32,815 nucleotides of DNA from Clostridiaceae bacterium. Lineage in GTDB: Bacteria > Bacillota > Clostridia > Christensenellales > CAG-138. Positions 18,603 to 26,393 of the stretch are shown here, in pieces; the first letter of the stretch is position 1; the number at the start of each line of letters is the position of its first letter. Made by a program: the position numbers and the translations under genes. The notes beneath the pieces were generated by a model. That model worked only from the letters and a program-made list of their open reading frames with translations, was not told the DNA's origin and did not search any database. The stretch lies in assembly GCA_039683525.1 (NCBI GenBank), contig JBDKRF010000016.1, positions 1-32,815 of the forward strand, read 5' to 3'.

Positions 18603-19640
18603 ATGCTGCAAATACTCATGACCGCGTTGACGGCGTTTGTGATCGTTTGGCTGCTTGGCCCGCTGCTGATTCCCGTGCTGGCGCGGCTGAAACCAACCAG
18701 ACCGGAGCCGGAAGACTCCCCCGAACCACCGCCGCAACCATCCTCAAAAAAAAAGCAGGCGCCGCCGCCGAAACCGCCCGTGCCAACCATGGGCGGTGTG
18801 CTGGTGTTGCTTGCAGCTTCGATTGCGACGCTCATCTTCGGCATGGACGGGATGGAGTTTGCGCTACCCGCGCTGGTCGCGATGCTTGCATTCGGTGTGC
18901 TGGGATTCATCGATGATTTTATTCGCGTACGCGACCCGGACGGAATCGGCCTTCGCGCCAGCGTGATGATCGGTGCTGAGTTGGTCTTTGCCGCGATCAT
19001 TGCGATCTGGGCGTATCGCTCCCCGCTGATTGGCTCCTCTCTGCATCTGCCGATCTCCGGCGGAGAATGGCAGATCGGATTCTGGTATGTGCCGCTGGTG
19101 ATCATGACCGTGATGCTTGAAGCCAACGCCGCGCACCTGAGTGAGGGAATGGATGGGCTTGTTACGAGCGTTAGCACAGTGTATGCGCTGGCGATGATTG
19201 CGATATTTGCAGCGATGGCGTCGACAGCCAATCAGCAGGGCGAACTGCTACAGGGGCATAACCTCGTCGGCAGCGCGATCTTTGCCGCGGCGGTAGGCGG
19301 CGCTGGCGTCGGTTTTTTGCGCTACAACACCTATCCCGCGCGCATCCAACCCGGCTCGAGCGGATCGCTTGCGCTCGGCGGAGCGGTCGCGATGCTGGCC
19401 ATTCTCAGCCGGACTATCATCCTTTTACCGCTCATGAGCGCATGCCTGCTGGTCAGTTTCGCATCCATCCTGCTGCAATCGTTCAGCAAAACGCGCGAAG
19501 GCGGCAAGAAGCTCTTTCGCGCCGTACCGCTGCATCGACACTTTGAGCTAAGAGGGCACCCGGCATCCCAGATTTCAACGATGTATGCCATTCTCACGGC
19601 GGCAATTTGCGCATTCTGTCTGCTGCCATATTTTCGATAA
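18603..19640 (+). CDS. mraY: MraY-family (PNPT superfamily) membrane protein; phospho-MurNAc-pentapeptide translocase homologue with non-canonical conserved residues
   Basis: The start is set at ATG 18603 (MLQILMTALTAF...). PTMGG, GFIDDF, GMDGL and GSLALGG place it in the MraY family, in the canonical slot between murE and murD. Several invariant positions are substituted (see findings). Confidence 0.85.
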   Translation: MLQILMTALTAFVIVWLLGPLLIPVLARLKPTRPEPEDSPEPPPQPSSKKKQAPPPKPPVPTMGGVLVLLAASIATLIFGMDGMEFALPALVAMLAFGVLGFIDDFIRVRDPDGIGLRASVMIGAELVFAAIIAIWAYRSPLIGSSLHLPISGGEWQIGFWYVPLVIMTVMLEANAAHLSEGMDGLVTSVSTVYALAMIAIFAAMASTANQQGELLQGHNLVGSAIFAAAVGGAGVGFLRYNTYPARIQPGSSGSLALGGAVAMLAILSRTIILLPLMSACLLVSFASILLQSFSKTREGGKKLFRAVPLHRHFELRGHPASQISTMYAILTAAICAFCLLPYFR

Positions 19641-19691
19641 CGCATCGCCCGAATGTTCTCGCGGGCTATTTTTTTGGAGGCAATAAACGAA

Positions 19692-21044
19692 ATGGAACAA
19701 CACAAGAAGGCGCTGATCGTCGGCATGGCAAAAAGCGGCGTCGGCGCGGCAAAATTGCTCAAAAGCACCGGCTGGGACGTGGTCATCAACGACAAGAAGA
19801 CCGAGATACCGGGGCTGGCGGAAGCGCTGAGCGGCGTGGACGTCGTCTGGCGGCTTGGCGAAGACCCGCAGGCGCTGTTTGACGGCGTTACGCTCATCGT
19901 GATCAGCCCGATCATCCCCATGACGGTTCCGTTTGTACGCGAGGCGCAGGCACGCGGCATAGAGGTCATCAGCGAGATCGAGCTTGGATATCGCTATAGC
20001 CACGCAGAGTTCGTCTGCATCACCGGAACAAACGGAAAGACCACCTGTACCGCGCTGACCGGAGAGATCTTCAAAAACGGCGGCAGGCACACGTTTGTGC
20101 TCGGCAATATCGGGGTCGCGATCACCGAGCACGCGCTCGATACGCGCGAAGGTGACGTCGTCGTCGCCGAGACCGCGGGTTTGCAGCTCGAGGGAAACGT
20201 ACACTTCCACGCGCGGGCTGCGGGCGTTTGCAACATCACGGAGGACCACCTCGACCACTTCGGCTCGATGGAGAACTACATCGCCGCCAAGTGCAAGATA
20301 TTTGATCATCAGACGGCGGAGGATATTGCTGTATTGAACTACGACGACGCGGTCGTGCGCGACATGGCGCGGCTGACTCCCGCGCGTGTCTATTATTTCT
20401 CGCGCAAGGGCGAGGTACCGCGCGGGCTGTTTTTGCGCGGGTATACGGTCGTCTACCGAGACGAAAACGGCGAATACGACCTCATTCGCGCGGAAGAGAT
20501 CAAGATTCCCGGCGGACACAATCTGGAGAACGCGATGCTGAGCTCGCTGCTTGCGCTCGGCATGGGCATATCCGCCGATGCGGTGCGAGAGACGCTCAGG
20601 AGCTTCCCCGGTGTGGAGCACCGCATTGAGTTTGTGCGCGAGTTTGACGGCGTGCGGTACATCAACGACTCCAAGGGCACCAACCCGGATTCGACCATCA
20701 AGGCGATTCAGGCGATGACCAGACCTACCGTGCTGATCCTGGGCGGTTACGATAAGCACAGCGATTTTCATGAGCTGTTTGAGAACTTCCGCGGCAGCCA
20801 GCTGAAATCCATCGTCGTGCTTGGCGAAACCAAGCAAAAGATTCTCGATACCGCGCGGGACACGGGCTACCTTGGCTACTGCCACGCAACGGGAACGTTT
20901 GAAGACGCGGTCTCCTGCGCGCGCGTACTGGCCGCCTCCGGCGACGCGGTGCTGCTTTCGCCCGCCTGCGCAAGCTGGGATATGTTCGATAACTTCGAGC
21001 AGCGGGGCAGGGTATTCAAGGAGATCGTGAATCGGTTCGCGTAA
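19692..21044 (+). CDS. murD: UDP-N-acetylmuramoylalanine--D-glutamate ligase
   Basis: The start is set at ATG 19692 after GGAGG (MEQHKKALIVGMAKSG). Motifs present: ITGTNGKTT, NITEDHLDHF, AAKCKIF, GGHNLENA, FPGVEHRIEFV..YINDSKGTNPDS and LLSPACASWDMF. Confidence 0.92.
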   Translation: MEQHKKALIVGMAKSGVGAAKLLKSTGWDVVINDKKTEIPGLAEALSGVDVVWRLGEDPQALFDGVTLIVISPIIPMTVPFVREAQARGIEVISEIELGYRYSHAEFVCITGTNGKTTCTALTGEIFKNGGRHTFVLGNIGVAITEHALDTREGDVVVAETAGLQLEGNVHFHARAAGVCNITEDHLDHFGSMENYIAAKCKIFDHQTAEDIAVLNYDDAVVRDMARLTPARVYYFSRKGEVPRGLFLRGYTVVYRDENGEYDLIRAEEIKIPGGHNLENAMLSSLLALGMGISADAVRETLRSFPGVEHRIEFVREFDGVRYINDSKGTNPDSTIKAIQAMTRPTVLILGGYDKHSDFHELFENFRGSQLKSIVVLGETKQKILDTARDTGYLGYCHATGTFEDAVSCARVLAASGDAVLLSPACASWDMFDNFEQRGRVFKEIVNRFA

Positions 21045-21101
21045 TATTGTACCTACTCCCTTAGCAGGGGAGCACCTTGTAAAACAAGAATGAGCAGAAA
21101 T

Positions 21102-21130
21102 AAAAAAACGCCCCGTAGGGCGTTTTTATT
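21102..21130. terminator. bidirectional intrinsic terminator between murD and the convergent hydrolase gene
   Basis: AAAAACGCCC-CGTA-GGGCGTTTTT is flanked by an A-run and a T-run. Confidence 0.85.
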
Positions 21131-21144
21131 TTAGTTTCGCTAAA

Positions 21145-21705
21145 TTACTCGTTCACGATGTCGATGTGGCAGGCTTTCATCGCGGTGAGCGCGGTCTTAT
21201 GCCCTTCGGGCGTTGCGCCAGCGCAGGCTGCGGCGTCTACCGTGATGGTCGATTCGGGATAAAACGCCTTGAGGAGTAGTGCGTTACTGATCACGCAGAT
21301 ATCCGTGCAGAGGCCGACAAGATCGATCTCCTCCGGCTCGACGCCCTCCAGCATCTCATGGATGCGCATGGGCAGGCTCACGCCACCAAAGGTGTCCTTC
21401 GCGATCATGTGCTGCTCGTCCGCCACGTTTTTGTGCATCAGCGCCATCCAGATGGCGGAATTCGGCGCCCAGCCGTTGGTGCCCGCGATGCAGTGCGGAA
21501 CTGGCAGCTTTTGCCCTTCTTTCGTGTTGAGGTAATCCTCGGTGTGCGTATCGAGCGTGTAGAGAATCAGCCCGTCAAAGTCGAGAATGCGCTTCACGAC
21601 GGGCTCGACTACCGCCTGCGCTTCCTTCGAGCCAAGCGAACCGGAGATAAAATCGTTTTGCATGTCTACCACGACGAGGACTTTTTTTGCGATTGTCTGT
21701 TCCAT
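21145..21705 (-). CDS. isochorismatase-family cysteine hydrolase, nicotinamidase (PncA)-like
   Basis: 186 aa with VLVVVDMQNDFISGSLG, LPVPHCIAGTNGW and the catalytic-Cys block VGLCTDICV. Confidence 0.8.
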   Translation of the reverse strand: MEQTIAKKVLVVVDMQNDFISGSLGSKEAQAVVEPVVKRILDFDGLILYTLDTHTEDYLNTKEGQKLPVPHCIAGTNGWAPNSAIWMALMHKNVADEQHMIAKDTFGGVSLPMRIHEMLEGVEPEEIDLVGLCTDICVISNALLLKAFYPESTITVDAAACAGATPEGHKTALTAMKACHIDIVNE

Positions 21706-21750
21706 ATGATGATTTCCTTTCGGATGATTCAGTACGAGCTTTTAGGATGC

Positions 21751-22500
21751 TCAGCGGGGCATTGCCTCGGAGACGACGTAGAGCAGCACGCCAGCCGCGA
21801 CGGAGGCGTTGAGCGATTCCGCGCGCCCGCGCATAGTGAGGCAAAAGCGCTCACACTGCTCGGCGACCGCTTCGCTTACTCCGCTGCCTTCGCTGCCGAT
21901 GACAAGCGCGACGTTGCTTGAGAGTGCGGGTAGGTCTTCGCTGCCTTTCAGATCGCCGCAGAGCGCTGTAAAGCTCTGCTGACGCAGCTTTGCGATCTCC
22001 GGCAGAAGTTCGCCCTGCCAAACGGAGAGATGATACGTGGAGCCCATCGCGGCGCGGAGCGTCTTTGGCGCGTAAGCGTCCGCGCAGGCGGGGGAAAGCA
22101 GAAGGCCTGCGGCACCAAACGCGTCCGCCGAGCGGAGAATGGCACCAACGTTGCCGGGGTCCTGCACACCGTCCAGCACGACGACAAGTCCATCGGGATA
22201 ACGCTCCGGCGGGGTGAGGGAGGGCGTTTTGACCACGGCAACGACGCCCTGCGGCGTCTGACTCTCGCAGAGGGATTCCAGCACCGCGCGGGTAACGACG
22301 TAGGTGATCGCGCTCTCCGGCGGCGTAAATGCGAAGCCATCCTCCACAAAGCAGGAGACGATGACGGCTCCGGAAGAAACGGCTTCCCGCACGAGTTTGT
22401 CACCCTCGATGAGGTGCAGTCCGCTGTCTTTGCGTTCCTTGCGGGTTAGAAGCTTTCTCGCTTCTTTGACGCGCTCATTGGCGCGGCTCTCGATGATCAT
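21751..22500 (-). CDS. TrmH/SpoU-family RNA 2'-O-methyltransferase (RlmB-like)
   Basis: Trimmed to ATG 22500 (MIIESRANERVKEARKL). SPOUT motifs are present: VVVLDGVQDPGNVGAILRSADAFG, LVIGSEGSGVS and ESLNASVAAGVLLY. Confidence 0.85.
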   Translation of the reverse strand: MIIESRANERVKEARKLLTRKERKDSGLHLIEGDKLVREAVSSGAVIVSCFVEDGFAFTPPESAITYVVTRAVLESLCESQTPQGVVAVVKTPSLTPPERYPDGLVVVLDGVQDPGNVGAILRSADAFGAAGLLLSPACADAYAPKTLRAAMGSTYHLSVWQGELLPEIAKLRQQSFTALCGDLKGSEDLPALSSNVALVIGSEGSGVSEAVAEQCERFCLTMRGRAESLNASVAAGVLLYVVSEAMPR

Positions 22501-22549
22501 TGTGCGCGAAGCTCCTTTCGTGATAGAAACGCTCTGTGTAAGCCGTGGC

Positions 22550-23092
22550 TTAAGCCTGCGATTGCCGCAACCATTCATCCCGGGTCAAAGAATACACTGC
22601 CTCGTCAAAGATCGCGCCGTCGTAGCGCAGAAACGTTTGCCGCAGTGTGCCTTCGTAGATGAAGCCGCATTTTTCGATCACGCGGCGGGAGCGATCGTTA
22701 AAGGTGTAGTGCGATATGCTCATGAGCCGGAGATTGAGCTGCTCAAAGCCGTAGCGCTGCACGCGCCTGACCGCCTCGCTCATGTAGCCGTTGCCCCAGC
22801 AGTCCTGCGCGAGCACATAACCGATCATGCGTACATCCGGCAGGTTGCGCCATTTATCGTGGTGCAGGCCGATGGAGCCGATCATGCGGTGATCGCTCTT
22901 GCGTTCGATGGCAAACACGTTGTCATCTGCGATAAACATCTCAACGATGGAAAGCGACTCCTCCCGGCTCTCGTGCGGCTTCCAGCCTGCGCGCGGGCCG
23001 ACATCGGAATCGACCGCATACCGATAGAGGTCGTCCGTGTCCCGCTCGGTAAAACCGCGCAGGATCAGGCGCTCGGATTCCAATCGCTCCAT
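22550..23092 (-). CDS. GNAT-family N-acetyltransferase (RimJ/RimL-like)
   Basis: ESERLILRGFTERDTDDLYRY... and a GNAT core (WGNGYMSEAVRRVQRYGFEQL). AGGAG lies 10 nt before ATG 23092; the track start at 23110 has no SD sequence. Confidence 0.8.
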   Translation of the reverse strand: MERLESERLILRGFTERDTDDLYRYAVDSDVGPRAGWKPHESREESLSIVEMFIADDNVFAIERKSDHRMIGSIGLHHDKWRNLPDVRMIGYVLAQDCWGNGYMSEAVRRVQRYGFEQLNLRLMSISHYTFNDRSRRVIEKCGFIYEGTLRQTFLRYDGAIFDEAVYSLTRDEWLRQSQA

Positions 23093-23193
23093 AACAGCAT
23101 GACTCCTCATTTTTCTGTATAGTATAACATACCCGACGTTGTGAGTCAGCGAGGCTCGTGCAATTCCTTGAGAAATAGGCGATCTCTTCGTTG

Positions 23194-24450
23194 TTACGTG
23201 CCTTCTAGACCGTCGTCGATGGCGTTGGCTACGGCTGTGTCGTCCTCGGTGGATGGCAGGGGCGGTTCAGCCGAGACCCGCTTGCGCAGCAGGGCAACAG
23301 CGGCGCAAACTAGGATCAGGCAGACGCCAGCAATCAGCCACATATTCTGATAGCGGGAATAGGTGCTGATGAAAAACCCGCCGACCGACGCAAGTACGCC
23401 GCCGATTTGCAGCACCAGCGAAAACAGCGAGAGGATACTCGCGCGGTGACTCGAGGGCGCAATTCGATTCAAGAGGGTGCTTTCTACCACGCTGCTGCTG
23501 CCGATGAGCAAATAGAGGCCAAGGTAGAGGCCGATCAGCGAATACTCGCTCCCGGAGAACGAGAACAGGATCAAACCTAGACCAAGCGGCGCTTTGAGCA
23601 GAAGCAGGAGCTGCACGCCCGCGTTCGGATACCGTTGCAACAGGCGCTCCGCAACCCAGCAGCCGAGCATGACAAACGCAAACCCGGCGAACGTCACCGC
23701 GCCAAACAGCCAGTAGACCGGCTGATACGTTTCCAGCGCGGGCTGCCAGTAAATCTCGATCACACTCAGCGATAACCCTGTCAGCAGGCAGAAGATCAGC
23801 AGAATCCGCACGGTTCCGCGCATTTTCGCAAAGGACAGGCTCTCCTTGATCTGCTTGGTGAATCGTTGCAGGTGAGAGGTTGCGACATGCTGCTCATGCA
23901 CGCGCGGGGTTTCGTGAAGAAACAACACGGTGAGCAGGATGATGACTACGGTAATGACGATATTCACACCAAGGTTGAAGGAAAATCGCTCTCCGACCTC
24001 CGCCAGAACGCCGCCGATCAGCGCGCCGCCGCCAAGGCCAGCACTCTCCAGAATGGAAAGCCGTGCGGTGACCCGCTCTAGCGGAACCTGCATTTCGCCC
24101 GCCTGATCGATCATGAGCGCCTCAATACTGCCGGAGGAAAAGGCGCGGCTTAAGCCGTTGATGACCATGGCGACGAGCAGAACCGCCGCGGAGCGGGAGA
24201 AAAAGAACATGCAATAGCTGATGAGATAGAGGATGCAGGAGAGCAGAAAAGAGGTTTTTCTGCCGTAAAGATCGGCAAACACACCGCTGGGAAACTCCGC
24301 CGCAATCACGGTAACGGAATACAGCCCGATAACCAGCGAAATGGTCTCTATCGTGGCGCCGCGCGCGAGCAGCATCAGCGACAAGATCGGTACGATGGTG
24401 CCACTTGCGAAAAACTTCAGAAAATAAATCAGCTGAATCGGCTTACTCAT
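23194..24450 (-). CDS. MFS transporter
   Basis: The start at ATG 24450 overlaps the stop of the upstream regulator (ATGAGTAA). The 418-aa product is polytopic, with MFS-like loop motifs (FADLYGRK). Confidence 0.85.
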   Translation of the reverse strand: MSKPIQLIYFLKFFASGTIVPILSLMLLARGATIETISLVIGLYSVTVIAAEFPSGVFADLYGRKTSFLLSCILYLISYCMFFFSRSAAVLLVAMVINGLSRAFSSGSIEALMIDQAGEMQVPLERVTARLSILESAGLGGGALIGGVLAEVGERFSFNLGVNIVITVVIILLTVLFLHETPRVHEQHVATSHLQRFTKQIKESLSFAKMRGTVRILLIFCLLTGLSLSVIEIYWQPALETYQPVYWLFGAVTFAGFAFVMLGCWVAERLLQRYPNAGVQLLLLLKAPLGLGLILFSFSGSEYSLIGLYLGLYLLIGSSSVVESTLLNRIAPSSHRASILSLFSLVLQIGGVLASVGGFFISTYSRYQNMWLIAGVCLILVCAAVALLRKRVSAEPPLPSTEDDTAVANAIDDGLEGT

Positions 24451-25003
24451 GCGTTTCGTGCTCCGCGGGATAAGCGATGATCGCAAATTCCCAGGCTTCA
24501 TTGTCTTGATTCCGCTGTTCATGCGCGTCTAAAAACGATCGAATCATCTGATAGAGCTCCTTTGCTTCTGCTGGTGTTAGGTGCGTGATGCCGCTGATCA
24601 TGTCCCCATATTGCGTATCGTCGCTGATTCGAACGCCAAGCGCTTCGCAATACGCCAAAAAGCCGGCAAAGCGCTGCGAGATATCCGCCTGCATGAGCGC
24701 TATGCGCTGGTTGTTCTCCCCGTCGTCCTTCAGCCCGCCGATGCGCACGTTTCTCGGCAGTACGCGAAAATACGTCGCTGTGATGCCGTGAATCTGCTCG
24801 GTATGGCTCTGCTCCACAATGCCCAGCTCACGCAGCAGGCGGATATGGCGTTGCACGGAGGAGGAGGAGATGCCGACGCGGTCGGCAACCTGCTTTGCGG
24901 TCATGGGGACACCCGCGATCTGCATGCAGCGCAGAATGTTCTGCCGCTGCGGATTGACATAGATATCCAGTTCCTTTTTGCCGGTTAACACGATAGGTTC
25001 CAT
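24443..25003 (-). CDS. ArsR-type winged-helix transcriptional regulator
   Basis: 186 aa with AGGAGG 6 nt upstream of the ATG. The HTH reads NPQRQNILRCMQIAGVPMTAKQVADRVGISSSSVQRHIRLLRELGIVEQ. It is translationally coupled to the MFS gene. Confidence 0.8.
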   Translation of the reverse strand: MEPIVLTGKKELDIYVNPQRQNILRCMQIAGVPMTAKQVADRVGISSSSVQRHIRLLRELGIVEQSHTEQIHGITATYFRVLPRNVRIGGLKDDGENNQRIALMQADISQRFAGFLAYCEALGVRISDDTQYGDMISGITHLTPAEAKELYQMIRSFLDAHEQRNQDNEAWEFAIIAYPAEHETHE

Positions 25004-25030
25004 GGGCTGCCTCCTGACGTTACAATTATA

Positions 25031-25117
25031 ATAACGATATCAATGATATAACGTCAAGAGCACGTAACATAAAAGTTTGCATAACGACTTAAACAATGAT
25101 AAAACGTTAAGAGCACA
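25031..25117. promoter_or_regulatory. imperfect direct repeat upstream of the ArsR-MFS operon (candidate operator or duplicated promoter)
   Basis: CAATGATATAACGTCAAGAGCAC (25041..25063) and CAATGATAAAACGTTAAGAGCAC (25093..25115) match at 21 of 23 positions. Each is preceded by ATAACGA, and on the minus strand each contains a TTGACG or TTAACG -35-like hexamer. Confidence 0.45.
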
Positions 25118-25118
25118 C

Positions 25119-25159
25119 AAAAAAAGAACCGCCGAATACTCGACGGTTCTGATTTTTTT
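25119..25159 (-). terminator. intrinsic terminator after rplT (A/T-flanked, usable in both directions)
   Basis: The stem GAACCGCCG / CGACGGTTC is flanked by A7 and T7 runs. Confidence 0.8.
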
Positions 25160-25171
25160 AACTTGCGCTAC

Positions 25172-25528
25172 TTACGCTCTGGCCTTCATGGCGATATCGA
25201 CGAGCTCTTTAAAAGCTGCCATATCGGTGATGGCGAGGTCGGCGAGCACTTTGCGGTTGATGTTCACATCCGCAAGCTTGAGCCCGTTGATCAGGCGGCT
25301 GTAGGTGGTGCCGCAGATGCGCGCGCCAGCGTTGATACGGGCAATCCAGAGACGGCGATATTCGCGCTTCTTCAGCTTGCGGCCGACATACGCGTACGCC
25401 ATGGACTTCATTACCTGCTGGGTTGCTGCGCGATACTGCTTGCTCTTTGCGCCATAGTAACCTTTGGCAAGCCGCAGAACTTTGCGGCGTTTCTTAACTG
25501 CACTAACTGCTCTCTTAATTCTAGCCAT
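25172..25528 (-). CDS. rplT: 50S ribosomal protein L20
   Basis: 118 aa: MARIKRAVSAVKKRRKVLRLAKGYYGAKSK...RRLWIARINA. Confidence 0.97.
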   Translation of the reverse strand: MARIKRAVSAVKKRRKVLRLAKGYYGAKSKQYRAATQQVMKSMAYAYVGRKLKKREYRRLWIARINAGARICGTTYSRLINGLKLADVNINRKVLADLAITDMAAFKELVDIAMKARA

Positions 25529-25542
25529 TCTTCTTTTCCTCC

Positions 25543-25740
25543 TTACGCGTACGGCAACAGCTTGCGGATTTTCTTTGCCTCTACATCGGAGATGTAGGCG
25601 GTCTTACGCAAACCACGCAGGCGCTTGGTGGACTTCTTGGTCAGGATATGGCGCTTGTAGGCCTTGCTACGCTTGATCTTGCCCGATTTCGTGAGGGAGA
25701 AGCGCTTTGCCGCTCCGCGATGGGTCTTTAACTTTGGCAT
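25543..25740 (-). CDS. rpmI: 50S ribosomal protein L35
   Basis: 65 aa: [14 protein letters not shown]..., with GGAGGAAC upstream. Confidence 0.96.
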   Translation of the reverse strand: MPKLKTHRGAAKRFSLTKSGKIKRSKAYKRHILTKKSTKRLRGLRKTAYISDVEAKKIRKLLPYA

Positions 25741-25781
25741 TGGTCGGTTCCTCCTGGTTATTTCTTACTACAATATTTTTG

Positions 25782-25859
25782 GTCGCTCCCTTGAGCGAAG
25801 CTGGTTACCAATTGAGTTGACCTGTTTCTTGTCGCTTCCTTGAGCGAAGCAGCTCAATC
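25782..25859 (-). repeat. duplicated 20-nt hairpin in the infC-rpmI spacer
   Basis: GTCGCTCCCTTGAGCGAAGC (25782..25801) and GTCGCTTCCTTGAGCGAAGC (25831..25850) each fold as TCGCT(C/T) / GAGCGA. The second copy is nested inside an ATTGAGTTG / CAGCTCAAT helix. Confidence 0.7.
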
Positions 25860-25862
25860 CGG

Positions 25863-26393
25863 TTATGTCGGGGTTTTCTTCTCAGCCTTGGGAGCGAGAA
25901 TCATGAACAGGCTTCTGCCTTCCATCTTTGGCTCGCGCTCTTTGATCGCGCTGTCGCCAAGCATCTCGTAGAAACGGGTCATGACGTCCATGCCGATCTC
26001 GCCGTGTGTGATCTGGCGGCCGCGGAAGCGGATGGATACCTTGACTTTGTCGCCGTCCGCAAGGAATCTGATGGTCTGCTTGGCTTTGATCTCCATGTCG
26101 CGAACGTCAATGGTTGCGGAAAGGCGCGTTTCTTTGAGCTCGATGATCTTCTGATTCTTTCGCTGTTCCTTCTCGCGCTTACCCATTTCAAAACGGTACT
26201 TGCCGTAATCCATGAGCTTGCAGACGGGCGGAGTGCTGTTGGGTGCGATCTTGACCAGATCCAGTTCACGTTCATCGGCCATCTTTTGCGCCGCGCGGAC
26301 ATCTACGATGCCGAGCTGGTCGCCATTTTCGCCGATTAAGCGGACCTGTGGGTCACGGATCTCTTCATTGATCATCAATTCCGTGATAGCGAT
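25863..26393 (-). CDS. infC: translation initiation factor IF-3, probable non-canonical ATC start
   Basis: INEEIRDPQVRLIGENGDQLGIV... is typical IF-3. GGAGG (26407..26403) lies 9 nt before the in-frame ATC at 26393, but 24 and 27 nt before the TTG 26378 and ATG 26375 used by the track. Confidence 0.9.
   Translation of the reverse strand: MAITELMINEEIRDPQVRLIGENGDQLGIVDVRAAQKMADERELDLVKIAPNSTPPVCKLMDYGKYRFEMGKREKEQRKNQKIIELKETRLSATIDVRDMEIKAKQTIRFLADGDKVKVSIRFRGRQITHGEIGMDVMTRFYEMLGDSAIKEREPKMEGRSLFMILAPKAEKKTPT

Noticed and set aside
18746-18754. An A9 homopolymer causing a frameshift that would explain the odd proline-rich MraY loop
   Set aside because: One alternative frame hits a stop at once, and the other encodes AAETNQTGAGRLPRTTAATILKKKAGAAAE, which is not MraY-like. 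The annotated frame enters and leaves the loop in register with conserved MraY blocks.
19575-20885. 436-aa ORF on the minus strand, the longest alternative ORF in the window
   Set aside because: It is entirely antisense to murD, which carries every Mur-ligase motif. It has no SD sequence and an Arg/Ala/His/Val-rich composition typical of antisense frames in GC-rich DNA.
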